A stretch of 64,000 nt of DNA. Source: an uncultured Acidobacteriaceae bacterium. Lineage in GTDB: Bacteria; Acidobacteriota; Terriglobia; Bryobacterales; Bryobacteraceae. The DNA lies in NCBI GenBank assembly GCA_963736985.1, contig CAVTRH010000008.1, forward strand, positions 176,711 to 240,710. Direction: 5' to 3'. A program made the translations under genes and the position numbers. Below, piece after piece: positions 55,085 to 64,000 of the stretch; position 1 is the first letter of the stretch; the number at the start of each line of letters is the position of its first letter. Below the pieces are notes generated by a model, which was given only the letters and a program-made list of their open reading frames with translations, ran no database searches and was not told the DNA's origin.

Positions 55085-56745
55085 ACGACCTCCGCGGGAC
55101 TGCTCTCTTGTCTGTTGCTCGACGGAGCCAGAATTTCGAGCGGCAGATGCGCCGGCTTCTCGTTCGCGCACGCAACAGAGAACGCGAAATCCAGAACCTC
55201 CCGTGTATCGGCCGGATCGATAATCGCATCGCAATGCCCGCGCGCCGCAGCATATTTCGCATCCAGCCAACGCTCGTAATCCGCCCGAGTCTGCGCAATC
55301 TTCGCTTCCAGCTCTTTCGGAATCGTTTGCTTGGACGATTTCAGCTTCTCCAGCTCAGGGCCGTAGATGGCTTGAACAGCGGAATCGCCTTCCATCACCC
55401 CGATTCGCGCACTGGGCCAACTGAACGTGAAGTTTGGATCGAATCCCTGCCCAGCCATGGCATAGTAACCAGCCCCGCTCGCATGATTCACCGTAAGAAC
55501 GATCTTGGGCACCGTGGCGCAAGCCATGCTCTCCACCATTTCAGCGCCCGCGCGTATGATTCCCTCCGTCTCGGCTTCCACGCCCACCATGAACCCCGAG
55601 ACATCCTGCACATACAGCAGCGGCAATCGATGCCGCTCTGCGTTTTCGACGAAGTAGGAGACCTTGCGCGCGCTTTCCGTATAGACGATGCCGCCAATCC
55701 GCGAGCCGGTCTGCGTTTTGAGAAACCCGCGCCGGTTTGCGATTACCCCGATGTTCCGCCCGTTCAGACGCGCCGTCGCGCATAAAAATTCGGGAGCATA
55801 GTCGGGCTGAAATTCAAGAAATCCGTCGCTGTCCAAAATGCAGTCGAGCAGATCTTCCATGCGATACGGCAATCGATGATCGGCCGGCAGCACATCGTAA
55901 AGCCCTTCCGCATTCAGCCGCGGTGGCGACCCTTGCGCTCGTTGCGCGGCCACGGGCAATTGCCGGAACTGCTGCCGGATCATCTCGAGGCAGCCCGCAT
56001 CGTCAGGCGCCCGGTAGTGCGCCACTCCGCTCAGCGTGGTGTGCATCTGTGCTCCGCCAAGTGTCTCGGCATCGGTCACCTGTCCCACCGCGCCCTTTAC
56101 CAGGTTGGGTCCGCCGAGCCCCATAAAACTGACTTTCTCGACCATGATGATCACGTCGCTCAACGCCGGCAGGTACGCCCCGCCCGCGATACAAGGCCCC
56201 ATCACCGCCGCAATCTGCGGAATCCGCAGCCGCCGCCTCATGAGCGAGTTGTAATAGAAAATCCGCGCCGCGCCATATTGGCCGGGGAAAATGCCGTCCT
56301 GCAGCGGCAGATTCACCCCTGCCGAATCCACCAGGTACACAATCGGCGTACGATTCCGCATCGCGATTTCCTGGGCGCGCAGAATTTTGGTGATGGTTTC
56401 CGGCCACCACGCGCCGGCTTTGACGGTTGCATCGTTGGCCACAATCACCGCCGGCCGCTCTTCAATCTGCGCGAGCCCCGTAACAACGCCCGCCGACGGC
56501 GCTTGGCCGTCATATTGGTCGTATGCGATCAGCAACCCAATTTCGAGAAAGCGCGTCCCGCCGTCAATCAGGTGATCGATGCGCTCGCGCGCGGTCCACT
56601 TACCGTCCCGATGCTGCTTCTCAATCTTTTTCGCTCCGCCGCCCGAGCGGAGCCCCTGCTCAAGCTCGTGCAGTTCCGCGGCAAGCAGCCGCATGTTCCG
56701 CGCAGAACCCTTCATTCGATGCTCAATTCGATGCCCACCCGACAA
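55081..56745 (-). CDS. acyl-CoA carboxylase carboxyltransferase (beta) subunit, methylcrotonyl-CoA carboxylase-like
   Basis: …KQHRDGKWTARERIDHLID.GT.FLE…GVVTG…I..RP..IVANDATVK.G…DSAG…, then the second half-domain …RLNGR.IGVIAN…. The product is the substrate-pathway partner of the downstream crotonase. Confidence 0.88.
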   Translation of the reverse strand: MSGGHRIEHRMKGSARNMRLLAAELHELEQGLRSGGGAKKIEKQHRDGKWTARERIDHLIDGGTRFLEIGLLIAYDQYDGQAPSAGVVTGLAQIEERPAVIVANDATVKAGAWWPETITKILRAQEIAMRNRTPIVYLVDSAGVNLPLQDGIFPGQYGAARIFYYNSLMRRRLRIPQIAAVMGPCIAGGAYLPALSDVIIMVEKVSFMGLGGPNLVKGAVGQVTDAETLGGAQMHTTLSGVAHYRAPDDAGCLEMIRQQFRQLPVAAQRAQGSPPRLNAEGLYDVLPADHRLPYRMEDLLDCILDSDGFLEFQPDYAPEFLCATARLNGRNIGVIANRRGFLKTQTGSRIGGIVYTESARKVSYFVENAERHRLPLLYVQDVSGFMVGVEAETEGIIRAGAEMVESMACATVPKIVLTVNHASGAGYYAMAGQGFDPNFTFSWPSARIGVMEGDSAVQAIYGPELEKLKSSKQTIPKELEAKIAQTRADYERWLDAKYAAARGHCDAIIDPADTREVLDFAFSVACANEKPAHLPLEILAPSSNRQESSPAEVV

Positions 56746-56784
56746 CGTTTCGAGAGACTGTAAGCACCTGTTAGTCTAACAGTC

Positions 56785-57837
56785 ATGTTGGGGATCGACG
56801 ATCGCGCCCTGCGCATCGTTTGGACCATCTTTTTATTTGGCCTGCTGCTCGCTTTGATCTATTTCATCCGCGAAACGCTGGTGCTCTTCGCGCTCGCCAT
56901 CTTCTTCGCCTACATGCTTTCGCCCATCGTCGTTCTGGTAGAACGCTTCATCGCTAAGCGCCGAACGCTGGCGCTGACCGTCGTCTATGTTCTGCTCATC
57001 GGCGCTCTCGTCGGAATCGGCTTCGCAGTGATACCGACAATTGCACAAGAGGCCACCAATCTGTTAACGAGTTTGCCCAAATTAGTAACCGGCGGAGCGA
57101 TCTCAAACATTCCGATTCCGCACTTCTTGGATCCCATGCGGGATCAGATCATCGCAGCCGCCAAGCGCGAAGCGAATACGCTTGAAGCGAGCCTGGTGCC
57201 GCTGCTTCAGCAGGCCGGCACGCGCATCTTGTCCGGACTGGGATATGTGTTGCCCGCGATTCTCGTCCCGATTCTCGCTTTCTTCTTCATCAAGGATGCG
57301 CGCGACATTCGCTCGAGCCTGATTGGTTCGGTCGAGAGTCGCAGCGATCGAAGAACCCTTAAACTGATCCTCGACGACGTGCATGCCGCGTTGCGCAGTT
57401 ACATCCGCGCCCTCGTGATCTTGGCCATTGCCTCATTCAGCGCCTGGGCAATTTTCCTGAGTCTCATGCGCTATCCCTATGAGCTTCTGCTCGCCGGCAT
57501 CGCTGGTGTGCTCGAGTTTATTCCGGTGTTCGGCCCCGTCGCCGCGCTGGTGATGATTCTCATCGTGGCGGCTGTGACGGGTTCAGGCGGGCTGCTCTGG
57601 ATCGCTCTCTTCTTCGCCTGTTATCGCGTCTTTCAGGACTACATACTCAATCCATACCTGATGAGCGCGGGTGTCGAGATTCACCCGCTCCTGGTTCTGT
57701 TTGGCGTGCTTGCGGGCGAGCGTTTAGCGGGCGTGCCGGGAATGTTTTTCTCCATCCCGGTAATCGCAATCTGCAAGGTCATCTACGGACATTTAAGAAA
57801 TTCGTACGCGCCAAAGCCGCTGATGCCCGTTCGCTAG
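56785..57837 (+). CDS. AI-2E family transporter (PerM/UPF0118)
   Basis: Seven or eight TM helices, with the conserved C-terminal …LEFIP.FGP…L.G.PG.F.SIP…. Confidence 0.85.
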   Translation: MLGIDDRALRIVWTIFLFGLLLALIYFIRETLVLFALAIFFAYMLSPIVVLVERFIAKRRTLALTVVYVLLIGALVGIGFAVIPTIAQEATNLLTSLPKLVTGGAISNIPIPHFLDPMRDQIIAAAKREANTLEASLVPLLQQAGTRILSGLGYVLPAILVPILAFFFIKDARDIRSSLIGSVESRSDRRTLKLILDDVHAALRSYIRALVILAIASFSAWAIFLSLMRYPYELLLAGIAGVLEFIPVFGPVAALVMILIVAAVTGSGGLLWIALFFACYRVFQDYILNPYLMSAGVEIHPLLVLFGVLAGERLAGVPGMFFSIPVIAICKVIYGHLRNSYAPKPLMPVR

Positions 57838-57862
57838 CCGCATCGCGTCAACGGATCGCCGC

Positions 57863-60013
57863 TTACGAGTGCCCTTCGTGCGGAGAAGTAGGTGCCACGT
57901 TGGTCGTGTCGCTGCCGTATTCTTTGTCCGCTTCTTCGTTCCTGCCCATCAACCGCAGCGCAGCCGAGGTCACATGCTCCGAAGTCATCCCGAAATGCTT
58001 CATGATCTCGTCACCCGGCGCCGATGCCCCGTAATGATCGATCCCGATCATGATGCCTTCGTCGCCTGCCCATTTCTCCCAGCCGTAAGTGCACGCCGCT
58101 TCCACCGTAACCCGCTTTTTCAGGCTCTTCGGAAGTACGCTCTCGCGATAGGCGTCGTCCTGCTTTTCGAAAAGATACCAGCTCGGTATGCTCACCACGC
58201 GCGCTTTGATGTTGTATCCCTTCAGCTTTTCCTGCGCTTTCATGCACAGCGAAACTTCTGAGCCGCTTCCGATAAGAATTACGTCCGGCGCTCCGCCTTC
58301 CGCCTCGGAAATGATATAAGCGCCCTTCGAAACATCCCCATTTTTGGCCTTGCTGCGGTCGAGAACCGGCACGTGCTGTCTCGTGAGCGCAAACAAAGTC
58401 GGACCGTTATGTTGGATCGCAACCGCCCATGATTCCGCCGTTTCGTTCGCATCGGCAGGTCGCATCACGTTCAGCCCCGGAATGGCGCGCAACCCGGCCA
58501 GGTGCTCGATCGGTTCGTGCGTCGGTCCGTCTTCGCCCACTGCCACGCTATCGTGCGTGAATACGTAAAAGGCCTTGAGGCGGCTCAGCGCGCCCAGCCT
58601 TATCGAAGGCTTCATGTAATCGGAGAACACCAGAAAAGTCGCGCTGAATGGAAGCAATCCGCCATGCGCAGCCATGCCGTTGACCGCTGCGCCCATCGCG
58701 TGTTCGCGCACGCCAAACGCGACGTTCCGGCCCGCATATCCCCAGATTCCGCCCACTGCGCCTTGCGCCGCCGGTCCGCCCGATTCCGGCGGTTGGAAAT
58801 CGCCTTCCCCTTTGAGCGCCGTGTTCGTCGAAGGATTCAAATCCGCCGATCCGCCCATGAGATTCGGTAGGTGCTTGGCGAGCGCATTCATCGCTTGCCC
58901 TCCCGCCGCGCGCGTCGCAAGCGGCTTGTCCTCGGGTTTCCACTTCGGCAGATCCGCGCCCCAGTTTTCCGGCAATTTCCCGCTCAGCATTTGCTCCAGC
59001 TCTGCCGCTTCCTTCGGAAATGCTTTCTTGTATGCGTCAAATCGCCGCTGCCAATCCTGCTCTCTTTGGCCACCTTTCCCGCCCGCCTCGCGGAAAAACT
59101 TGACCGCATCCTCAGGCAGGTAAAATTTGTCCATCGTCGGCCAGCCGAGCGCCTTCTTCGCCGCCTGCAGTTCGTCTTCGCCCAGCGGATTCCCGTGCGC
59201 CTCAAACGTGTCCTGCTTCTTCGGGCTGCCGTACCCAATATGCGTACGCACAAGAATCAATGACGGCCGCCGATGCTCCGCCCGCGCTTCCTCAATCGCT
59301 TTCGCGATCTCTTCCGTATCGTTGCCCGCGTGAACGTGGCGCGTATGCCAGCCGTATGCCTCGAATCGCTTGCCGACATCCTCGGTAAACGTCAGGCTGG
59401 TCTGCCCGGCGAGCGAAATATGGTTGTGATCGTAAAGAAAGATCAGCTTGCCCAGTTGCAAATGCCCCGCGAGCGATGCCGCCTCCTGGCTCACGCCTTC
59501 CATCAAATCGCCGTCGCCGCAAATGCCGTACGTGTAGTGGTCGACAATCGTGTGACCCGGCTTATTGAACCGCGCCGCAAACCACGCTTCCGCAATCGCC
59601 AATCCCACCGCATTGCCGAATCCTTGCCCCAGCGGTCCCGTCGCTACTTCCACCCCGACTGTGTGCCCACGCTCCGGATGCCCCGGAGTCTTGCTGCCCC
59701 ATTTTCGAAAATGCTTCAGCTCGTCGAGCGAAAGATCGTAGCCAGTCAGATACAGCAAGCTGTACAGCAACATCGAGCCGTGCCCAGCGGAGAGCACAAA
59801 GCGGTCCCGGTCGAACCAATTCGGATCCTTCGGATTGAATTTCAGAAATTTCGTCCACAGCGTGTACGCCATAGCGGCTGCCCCCATCGGCATCCCGGGA
59901 TGTCCGGAGTTGGCGTTCTGCACGGCGTCGGCCGATAAAAAGCGGATCGTATTAATGCAGACTTCTTCTAAGGTTTGCTGTTCTGTAATGGTCTGAGCGG
60001 CGGTTGTTGACAC
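57863..60013 (-). CDS. tkt: transketolase
   Basis: …[13 protein letters not shown]…, …[24 protein letters not shown]…, …GDG.LMEG…, …THDS…GEDGPTH.PIEHL…. GTG start. There is a ~40-aa C-terminal tail beyond the usual end. Confidence 0.95.
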   Translation of the reverse strand: MSTTAAQTITEQQTLEEVCINTIRFLSADAVQNANSGHPGMPMGAAAMAYTLWTKFLKFNPKDPNWFDRDRFVLSAGHGSMLLYSLLYLTGYDLSLDELKHFRKWGSKTPGHPERGHTVGVEVATGPLGQGFGNAVGLAIAEAWFAARFNKPGHTIVDHYTYGICGDGDLMEGVSQEAASLAGHLQLGKLIFLYDHNHISLAGQTSLTFTEDVGKRFEAYGWHTRHVHAGNDTEEIAKAIEEARAEHRRPSLILVRTHIGYGSPKKQDTFEAHGNPLGEDELQAAKKALGWPTMDKFYLPEDAVKFFREAGGKGGQREQDWQRRFDAYKKAFPKEAAELEQMLSGKLPENWGADLPKWKPEDKPLATRAAGGQAMNALAKHLPNLMGGSADLNPSTNTALKGEGDFQPPESGGPAAQGAVGGIWGYAGRNVAFGVREHAMGAAVNGMAAHGGLLPFSATFLVFSDYMKPSIRLGALSRLKAFYVFTHDSVAVGEDGPTHEPIEHLAGLRAIPGLNVMRPADANETAESWAVAIQHNGPTLFALTRQHVPVLDRSKAKNGDVSKGAYIISEAEGGAPDVILIGSGSEVSLCMKAQEKLKGYNIKARVVSIPSWYLFEKQDDAYRESVLPKSLKKRVTVEAACTYGWEKWAGDEGIMIGIDHYGASAPGDEIMKHFGMTSEHVTSAALRLMGRNEEADKEYGSDTTNVAPTSPHEGHS

Positions 60014-60095
60014 GGCGTTGGTCCCTCTCGTTGGACAATCTTCCGGGAATCCGGTAACGCTGCCAGTTTATCTCTCTCCTCTACAATGAACTTGT

Positions 60096-60992
60096 ATGAA
60101 GTCCCTGCTCCTGCGCTCGGCAGGATTGTGTCTGCTCGCCGCGTGCGCGTTGCTTGCGCAGGATTGGAAGACCGCCGATTCCCTTCCCGGCGTCGATTTC
60201 GGCAGCCTCAACTCGGCTCAAAAAGCGACCGTGCTGAAGATTCTGCGCGAGCAGGGCTGCTCCTGCGGATGCAACATGAAACTCGCCGAATGCCGCATGG
60301 TGGACCCGAACTGCTCCTACAGTCGAGGTCTCGGGGAAGTAATTATCGCTGCCGTTCGTCAGGGCGAGAGCGAAGCCGACGCGATAAAGGCCGCCCAAGC
60401 CTCCAACTGGGCGCACGTCCAGCCCACCAAGTTGCTGGATGATCCTGTTTCGATTCCCACCGCTGGCGCGCCCGCGCTAGGTCCCTCAAATGCGTCCATT
60501 ACGCTGGTCGAATTCTCCGATTTCCAATGCCCGTATTGCATTGCCGCTTTCCCGGAAATCGGCGCCATTCTCCGCGCCTATCCCACGCAGGTGAGGCTGA
60601 TCTTCAAAGAATATCCGCTTGAGATGCACGCTCAGGCCGAGCTCGCCGCCGACGCCGCCGTCGCCGCTCACAAACAAGGCAAGTTCTGGCCCATGTACAA
60701 TGCCATGTTCGGCAGCCGTGACCTCTCGCGCCCCACGCTCATCGCGCTGGCCCAAAAAAGCGGGCTCGATATGAAGCGCTTTGAGGCGGATCTGGGTTCC
60801 ACCGAAACCCGCGAAACCGTGATTCGCGACATTCAGGATGGCGACCGCGCCGGCGTCCAAGGCACCCCGACCATTTTTATCAATGGCAAGCGCTACAACG
60901 GCCCGCTGCTCGAAACTTCGCTGAAGCCAATCTTAGACGCCGAGCTGCACCCGTCCGCCCCCGCAAATCAGCGCGCCTCCGCGAAACACTAG
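60096..60992 (+). CDS. DsbA-like thioredoxin-fold protein with Cys-rich N-terminal domain
   Basis: Signal peptide, the N-terminal segment ILREQGCSCGCNMKLAECRMVDPNCSYS, and the catalytic site VEFSDFQCPYC. Confidence 0.85.
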   Translation: MKSLLLRSAGLCLLAACALLAQDWKTADSLPGVDFGSLNSAQKATVLKILREQGCSCGCNMKLAECRMVDPNCSYSRGLGEVIIAAVRQGESEADAIKAAQASNWAHVQPTKLLDDPVSIPTAGAPALGPSNASITLVEFSDFQCPYCIAAFPEIGAILRAYPTQVRLIFKEYPLEMHAQAELAADAAVAAHKQGKFWPMYNAMFGSRDLSRPTLIALAQKSGLDMKRFEADLGSTETRETVIRDIQDGDRAGVQGTPTIFINGKRYNGPLLETSLKPILDAELHPSAPANQRASAKH

Positions 60993-60997
60993 CCCGG

Positions 60998-61930
60998 TCA
61001 CTGCTCCAGTTGCTTCACTAACTCCACGACCACGTCCCCGACTACCTGGAAGCTGTGCGCGTTGAGCTTGTCCATCGTGTCCTGCGCGGTGTGCCAATAC
61101 GAATTGTTCGGCCCGTAATCGAGATCGATGATATCGATCGCGTTTACGCCCGCATCGATGAACGGCTTGTGGTCATCTTCAATCCCGCCGGGGTTGTGCA
61201 GGAAATACTTCCCGTCGCCAAGCTGGTCCGCGATCTTCCACACCATCTCGCGTAGCGACTCCGAAGAATATTCATCGTCGTTGATTTCGAGATCCTTATC
61301 GCCGATCATGTCGATATTGATCAAAGCCTTGATTCGCCCGAGCGTTCCATCCCCCGCCCACTTCCCAGCCAAATGCCGGCTCCCGTAAACACTATCCGTC
61401 GCCGTCCAATTCACCACCGCCTCCTCGCCATCGAAGAAAACGATATAGATGTCGTCGGGATGTTTGATTCGCGCCACAACTCGCGCCAGTTCCATCAGGA
61501 ACCCCGTCGATGACCCGGCATCGTTAGCGCCCACAAAGTGCACCATCGGGATGCGTTTCGTATCGTAATGCCCCGTAACCACCACCACCGCCTTACCCGA
61601 AGTTCCAGGGAATTTCACGATAATATTTGCCATCGGAACCGGGCCGGTGGGTGTTTCCGCCTGAAAGGAATCCAGCTTGATTTCACCGCCAAGCGGTCTC
61701 AATCCCGAAACGATCCACTCGCGCAAATGTACGATGGCATCCGAACCTGATGCCCGTTCACCAAAGGCGGTCGCCCGGCGTGTGAAATCGAGCGCGGCCG
61801 CGCCAGAAAATGGCCCGTTTGCCGCCAAAGCTTGCAAACAAAGGGAGCAAACAGCACACGCAAGCGCCACTACTAAAAGGGAAGGGCGAACTAAAGAATG
61901 CGGGGAACAAAGCCGATTAGTTAGACACAT
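60998..61930 (-). CDS. M28-family metallopeptidase (aminopeptidase / glutaminyl-cyclase-like)
   Basis: …VVVTGHYDT…GANDAGSSTG.LMELAR…IVFFDGEE…NIDMIG… are the Zn-ligand motifs. The start is probably ATG 61930 (MCLTNRL…, signal peptide). The track ORF extends to 62032. Confidence 0.8.
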   Translation of the reverse strand: MCLTNRLCSPHSLVRPSLLVVALACAVCSLCLQALAANGPFSGAAALDFTRRATAFGERASGSDAIVHLREWIVSGLRPLGGEIKLDSFQAETPTGPVPMANIIVKFPGTSGKAVVVVTGHYDTKRIPMVHFVGANDAGSSTGFLMELARVVARIKHPDDIYIVFFDGEEAVVNWTATDSVYGSRHLAGKWAGDGTLGRIKALINIDMIGDKDLEINDDEYSSESLREMVWKIADQLGDGKYFLHNPGGIEDDHKPFIDAGVNAIDIIDLDYGPNNSYWHTAQDTMDKLNAHSFQVVGDVVVELVKQLEQ

Positions 61931-62055
61931 CAAGGGTTTTTCCGATGTGAATTGGCCTCCGGCTAGGGAATACAATACTCCCTTCCCAAAGCGAAGGCGC
62001 ATAGGAAAGTCCTTGATATTATAGCTTTGCACTAAACAGTTCGCCCCAGGATTTT

Positions 62056-62907
62056 ATGGAGTCCGTCGGACAGAAACTCCGCGCCGCCCGCATGCAACTC
62101 GGGATTGCGCTAGAGGAGATCAGCGCCAGGACGCGCATCAGCGTCCGTAATCTCCAAGCTCTTGAAAACGACGATCTCAAGCCCTTTAACTCGGCTTTCT
62201 TTTACAAGAGTTTCGTGCGGCAGTTCGCACAGCACGTCAAAATCGACTATCGCGAGTTAGCATCCGGCGTCGAGAGCGTCACTAGCGGGATACCTCAGCC
62301 GCTGATGCCCGGCCAAGCCGAACTCACCTCGCCCAACCCTAAAGTTCCCGCCTTGCACCCCAAACGCCCCAAGAAGCTGCGCTGGCTGTATTCGCTCACT
62401 TCACTCATGGTCATGCTGGTTGCATGCTCAAGTTTCAATGACCTCTGGGAAAATTTCCGGCCCCAGTGGCAGTCGAAAATTTCCGGAGTGTTGCAACTGG
62501 CCACGCAACATGCTGCCCAGCCGAGCTCGCCGAGGATAACAGACCCTTCGCAAATTTCCGAAGCTCCCATTCGGCCGCCTGCCAATGCATCCGTCGCAGT
62601 CCATCTGCAACTCTCCGCCATCGAACGCAGTTGGCTCTCTATCATGGCCGACGGCGTGCAAACCTTCAATGGATTCTTAGAGCCCGATCAAACCAAGATC
62701 CTCGAAGGCCGCCAGGTGGCCCGCATTCGCGCCGGCGATGCAGGCGCCCTGAACGTGGTCTTCAACGGGAAAGAGATCGGCAGTCTCGGGCCGCGCGGTC
62801 AGGTCCGCACGGTGATCTTCACCAAGAACGGTTATGAGACGCTCGAGACCGCGCCTTCCCCGGTCGCGCACCTGTTTCTGACGCCGTTTATCCAGAACGG
62901 CGAATAG
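62056..62907 (+). CDS. rodZ: RodZ-like cytoskeleton protein (HTH + TM + C-terminal beta domain)
   Basis: N-terminal Xre-type HTH (VGQKLRAARMQLGIALEEISARTRISVRNLQALENDD), one TM segment (LYSLTSLMVMLVA), and a C-terminal DUF4115-like domain (…SWLSIMADG…F.G.L…G…). Confidence 0.8.
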   Translation: MESVGQKLRAARMQLGIALEEISARTRISVRNLQALENDDLKPFNSAFFYKSFVRQFAQHVKIDYRELASGVESVTSGIPQPLMPGQAELTSPNPKVPALHPKRPKKLRWLYSLTSLMVMLVACSSFNDLWENFRPQWQSKISGVLQLATQHAAQPSSPRITDPSQISEAPIRPPANASVAVHLQLSAIERSWLSIMADGVQTFNGFLEPDQTKILEGRQVARIRAGDAGALNVVFNGKEIGSLGPRGQVRTVIFTKNGYETLETAPSPVAHLFLTPFIQNGE

Positions 62908-63580
62908 AAGCGGTCTCTCCGGCCTGCGATTGCCTATCCCGCACACGCGCCGCCTTCTGCTGCCGCCGCTTGTATCTCTCCATCTCGATTAACTCGCGCC
63001 GCCGCCGAAGCTTGATGCTGGTGTCCACTTTGCGCCAAAACATCCGGAAGTAGTCGACCGCCGACGCCAACGCGAACAGCACCACGGCCCACATCGCAGC
63101 CAGCGCGTAAGGCCGCAGCGCAGACCACCGAATCGACAGCATCACCAGCATCACGCCGAAGACTTGAAACAGCATCTTGGTCTTCCCAAGCTCGCCCGCC
63201 TTGATCGTGAATCCCTCGGCTGCGGCGATGCTGCGCAGCCCCGAGACCGCAAACTCCCGGCTGATGATCACGATCACCAGCCACGCCGGCAACAGCCGGA
63301 TTTCGACCAGCGAAATCAGCGCCGCGGAGATCAGAAGCTTGTCTGCGATCGGATCGAGCAACGTCCCGACCGTGGTCACCTGTCTCCATCTCCGCGCCAG
63401 ATACCCGTCCAGAAGATCGGTCGCCGCAGCAGCGAGAAAGACGATGACCGCAAACAGGTCGTTCGAGACCAGGACCGTATCGCCCCAATGCAGCCGGAAA
63501 TTGTGCTCCACCAACGCCGCCACCAGCAGCGGAACCAGAAAGATCCGCACCAGCGTCAGCAAATTGGGAAGGTTCGTCAA
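62888..63580 (-). CDS. pgsA: CDP-diacylglycerol--glycerol-3-phosphate 3-phosphatidyltransferase
   Basis: LPNLLTLVRIFLVP…, and the CDP-alcohol phosphotransferase motif DLLDGYLARRW…G..LDPIADKL. A basic C-terminal tail follows. Confidence 0.9.
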   Translation of the reverse strand: MTNLPNLLTLVRIFLVPLLVAALVEHNFRLHWGDTVLVSNDLFAVIVFLAAAATDLLDGYLARRWRQVTTVGTLLDPIADKLLISAALISLVEIRLLPAWLVIVIISREFAVSGLRSIAAAEGFTIKAGELGKTKMLFQVFGVMLVMLSIRWSALRPYALAAMWAVVLFALASAVDYFRMFWRKVDTSIKLRRRRELIEMERYKRRQQKAARVRDRQSQAGETASIRRSG

Positions 63581-63789
63581 TCGTACTCAATATAGAACAC
63601 CGCCGCGCTACAGATTTAGCGCGACCAAGAACCGGCCGACCGTAAGCTGACGATCCTGAACGCCGCCGCAACACTTGATGATTTCCGCGTCCCGCCGCTC
63701 GCGCTCGGCGAACCGGCCGCTCGTAATCAAATCCAAACATTTGCAAGCTCAGCCACACACAATTCGCGCACCATCCGGCTATCGCCCAC

Positions 63790-64000
63790 TCATTCGTACC
63801 GAATAGCAGCCATCGCGCGGCGCGCCGGAACATAAGCTGCTAAAACCGCTACTCCGCTAACAATCGCGCAAACCGAAACAAACGTGATCGGGCCAGCGCT
63901 ACCGACTCCGTAAAGCAGGCTGGAGAAGCTGGATAACAATCTCGCGGCGATCAATGCGACGACGCCTCCGATGAATACGCTGATCGCCGCCAGCCGAAAG
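63790..64000 (-). CDS. ADOP/FtsX-type permease, C-terminal end only (runs off the window end)
   Basis: My minus-strand translation gives …FRLAAISVFIGGVVALIAARLLSSFSSLLYGVGSAGPITFVSVCAIVSGVAVLAAYVPARRAMAAIRYE*, which is the canonical last TM segment and tail of this permease family. The stop codon is at 63790-63792. Confidence 0.75.
   Translation of the reverse strand, partial: FRLAAISVFIGGVVALIAARLLSSFSSLLYGVGSAGPITFVSVCAIVSGVAVLAAYVPARRAMAAIRYE

Noticed and set aside
54299-55270. The full 323-aa version of the crotonase ORF
   Set aside because: The first ~60 aa overlap the carboxyltransferase gene out of frame and look like Arg/Cys/Gly-rich noise. Family homology starts right after the upstream stop.
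62934-63833. 299-aa minus-strand ORF overlapping pgsA in another frame
   Set aside because: The pgsA frame carries the CDP-alcohol phosphotransferase motif. This ORF is an Arg/Ala/Gly-rich out-of-frame shadow that also spans the intergenic gap and the stop of the ADOP gene.

Overview
The window reads as a chromosomal segment from a high-GC, Acidobacteria-like genome. This is an inference from ADOP-type orphan permeases, a TonB-dependent receptor with a carboxypeptidase-regulatory-like N-terminus, and futalosine-pathway menaquinone genes. Most of it is housekeeping: glnA, xseA-queC-queE (start and stop codons overlap as ATGA), mqnA-mqnC, a long co-directional minus-strand array yajC-secD-secF-tonB-exbB-exbD-exbD-TPR, tgt, cysS, gcdH, adk, ilvE, nagA, sodA, tkt, pgsA, rodZ, a leucine-catabolism pair, tRNA-Ser(GGA) and tRNA-Val(CAC). 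I saw no rRNA and no CRISPR array.

The parts that housekeeping does not explain are:
1. An 8.7 kb block sits between tgt and yajC, which are direct neighbours in E. coli. It encodes a ToxR/CadC-like membrane regulator with a TolB-type propeller, an exported 299-aa protein, and two tandem paralogues. The paralogues share a 14-repeat tectonin-like module under different N-terminal heads.
2. A 1247-aa in-frame fusion joins an ADOP (MacB/FtsX-type) permease to cytoplasmic GAF and PP2C/SpoIIE phosphatase domains.
3. A complete 3.2 kb IS1595-family element lies 430 bp downstream of tRNA-Ser, with 31-bp inverted repeats and an 8-bp target duplication. It carries about 2.1 kb of lower-GC cargo genes.
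4. SecF carries an extra ComEA-like helix-hairpin-helix module in its periplasmic loop.
5. Two adjacent secreted proteins share a BamE-like C-terminal domain.
6. ilvE has an apparent single-base frameshift.
7. A small CxxCH protein lies upstream of the TonB-dependent receptor.
8. One protein combines a cytochrome-c motif with copper-monooxygenase-like motifs.

Every call comes from reading the translations and DNA by eye. No searches were run.
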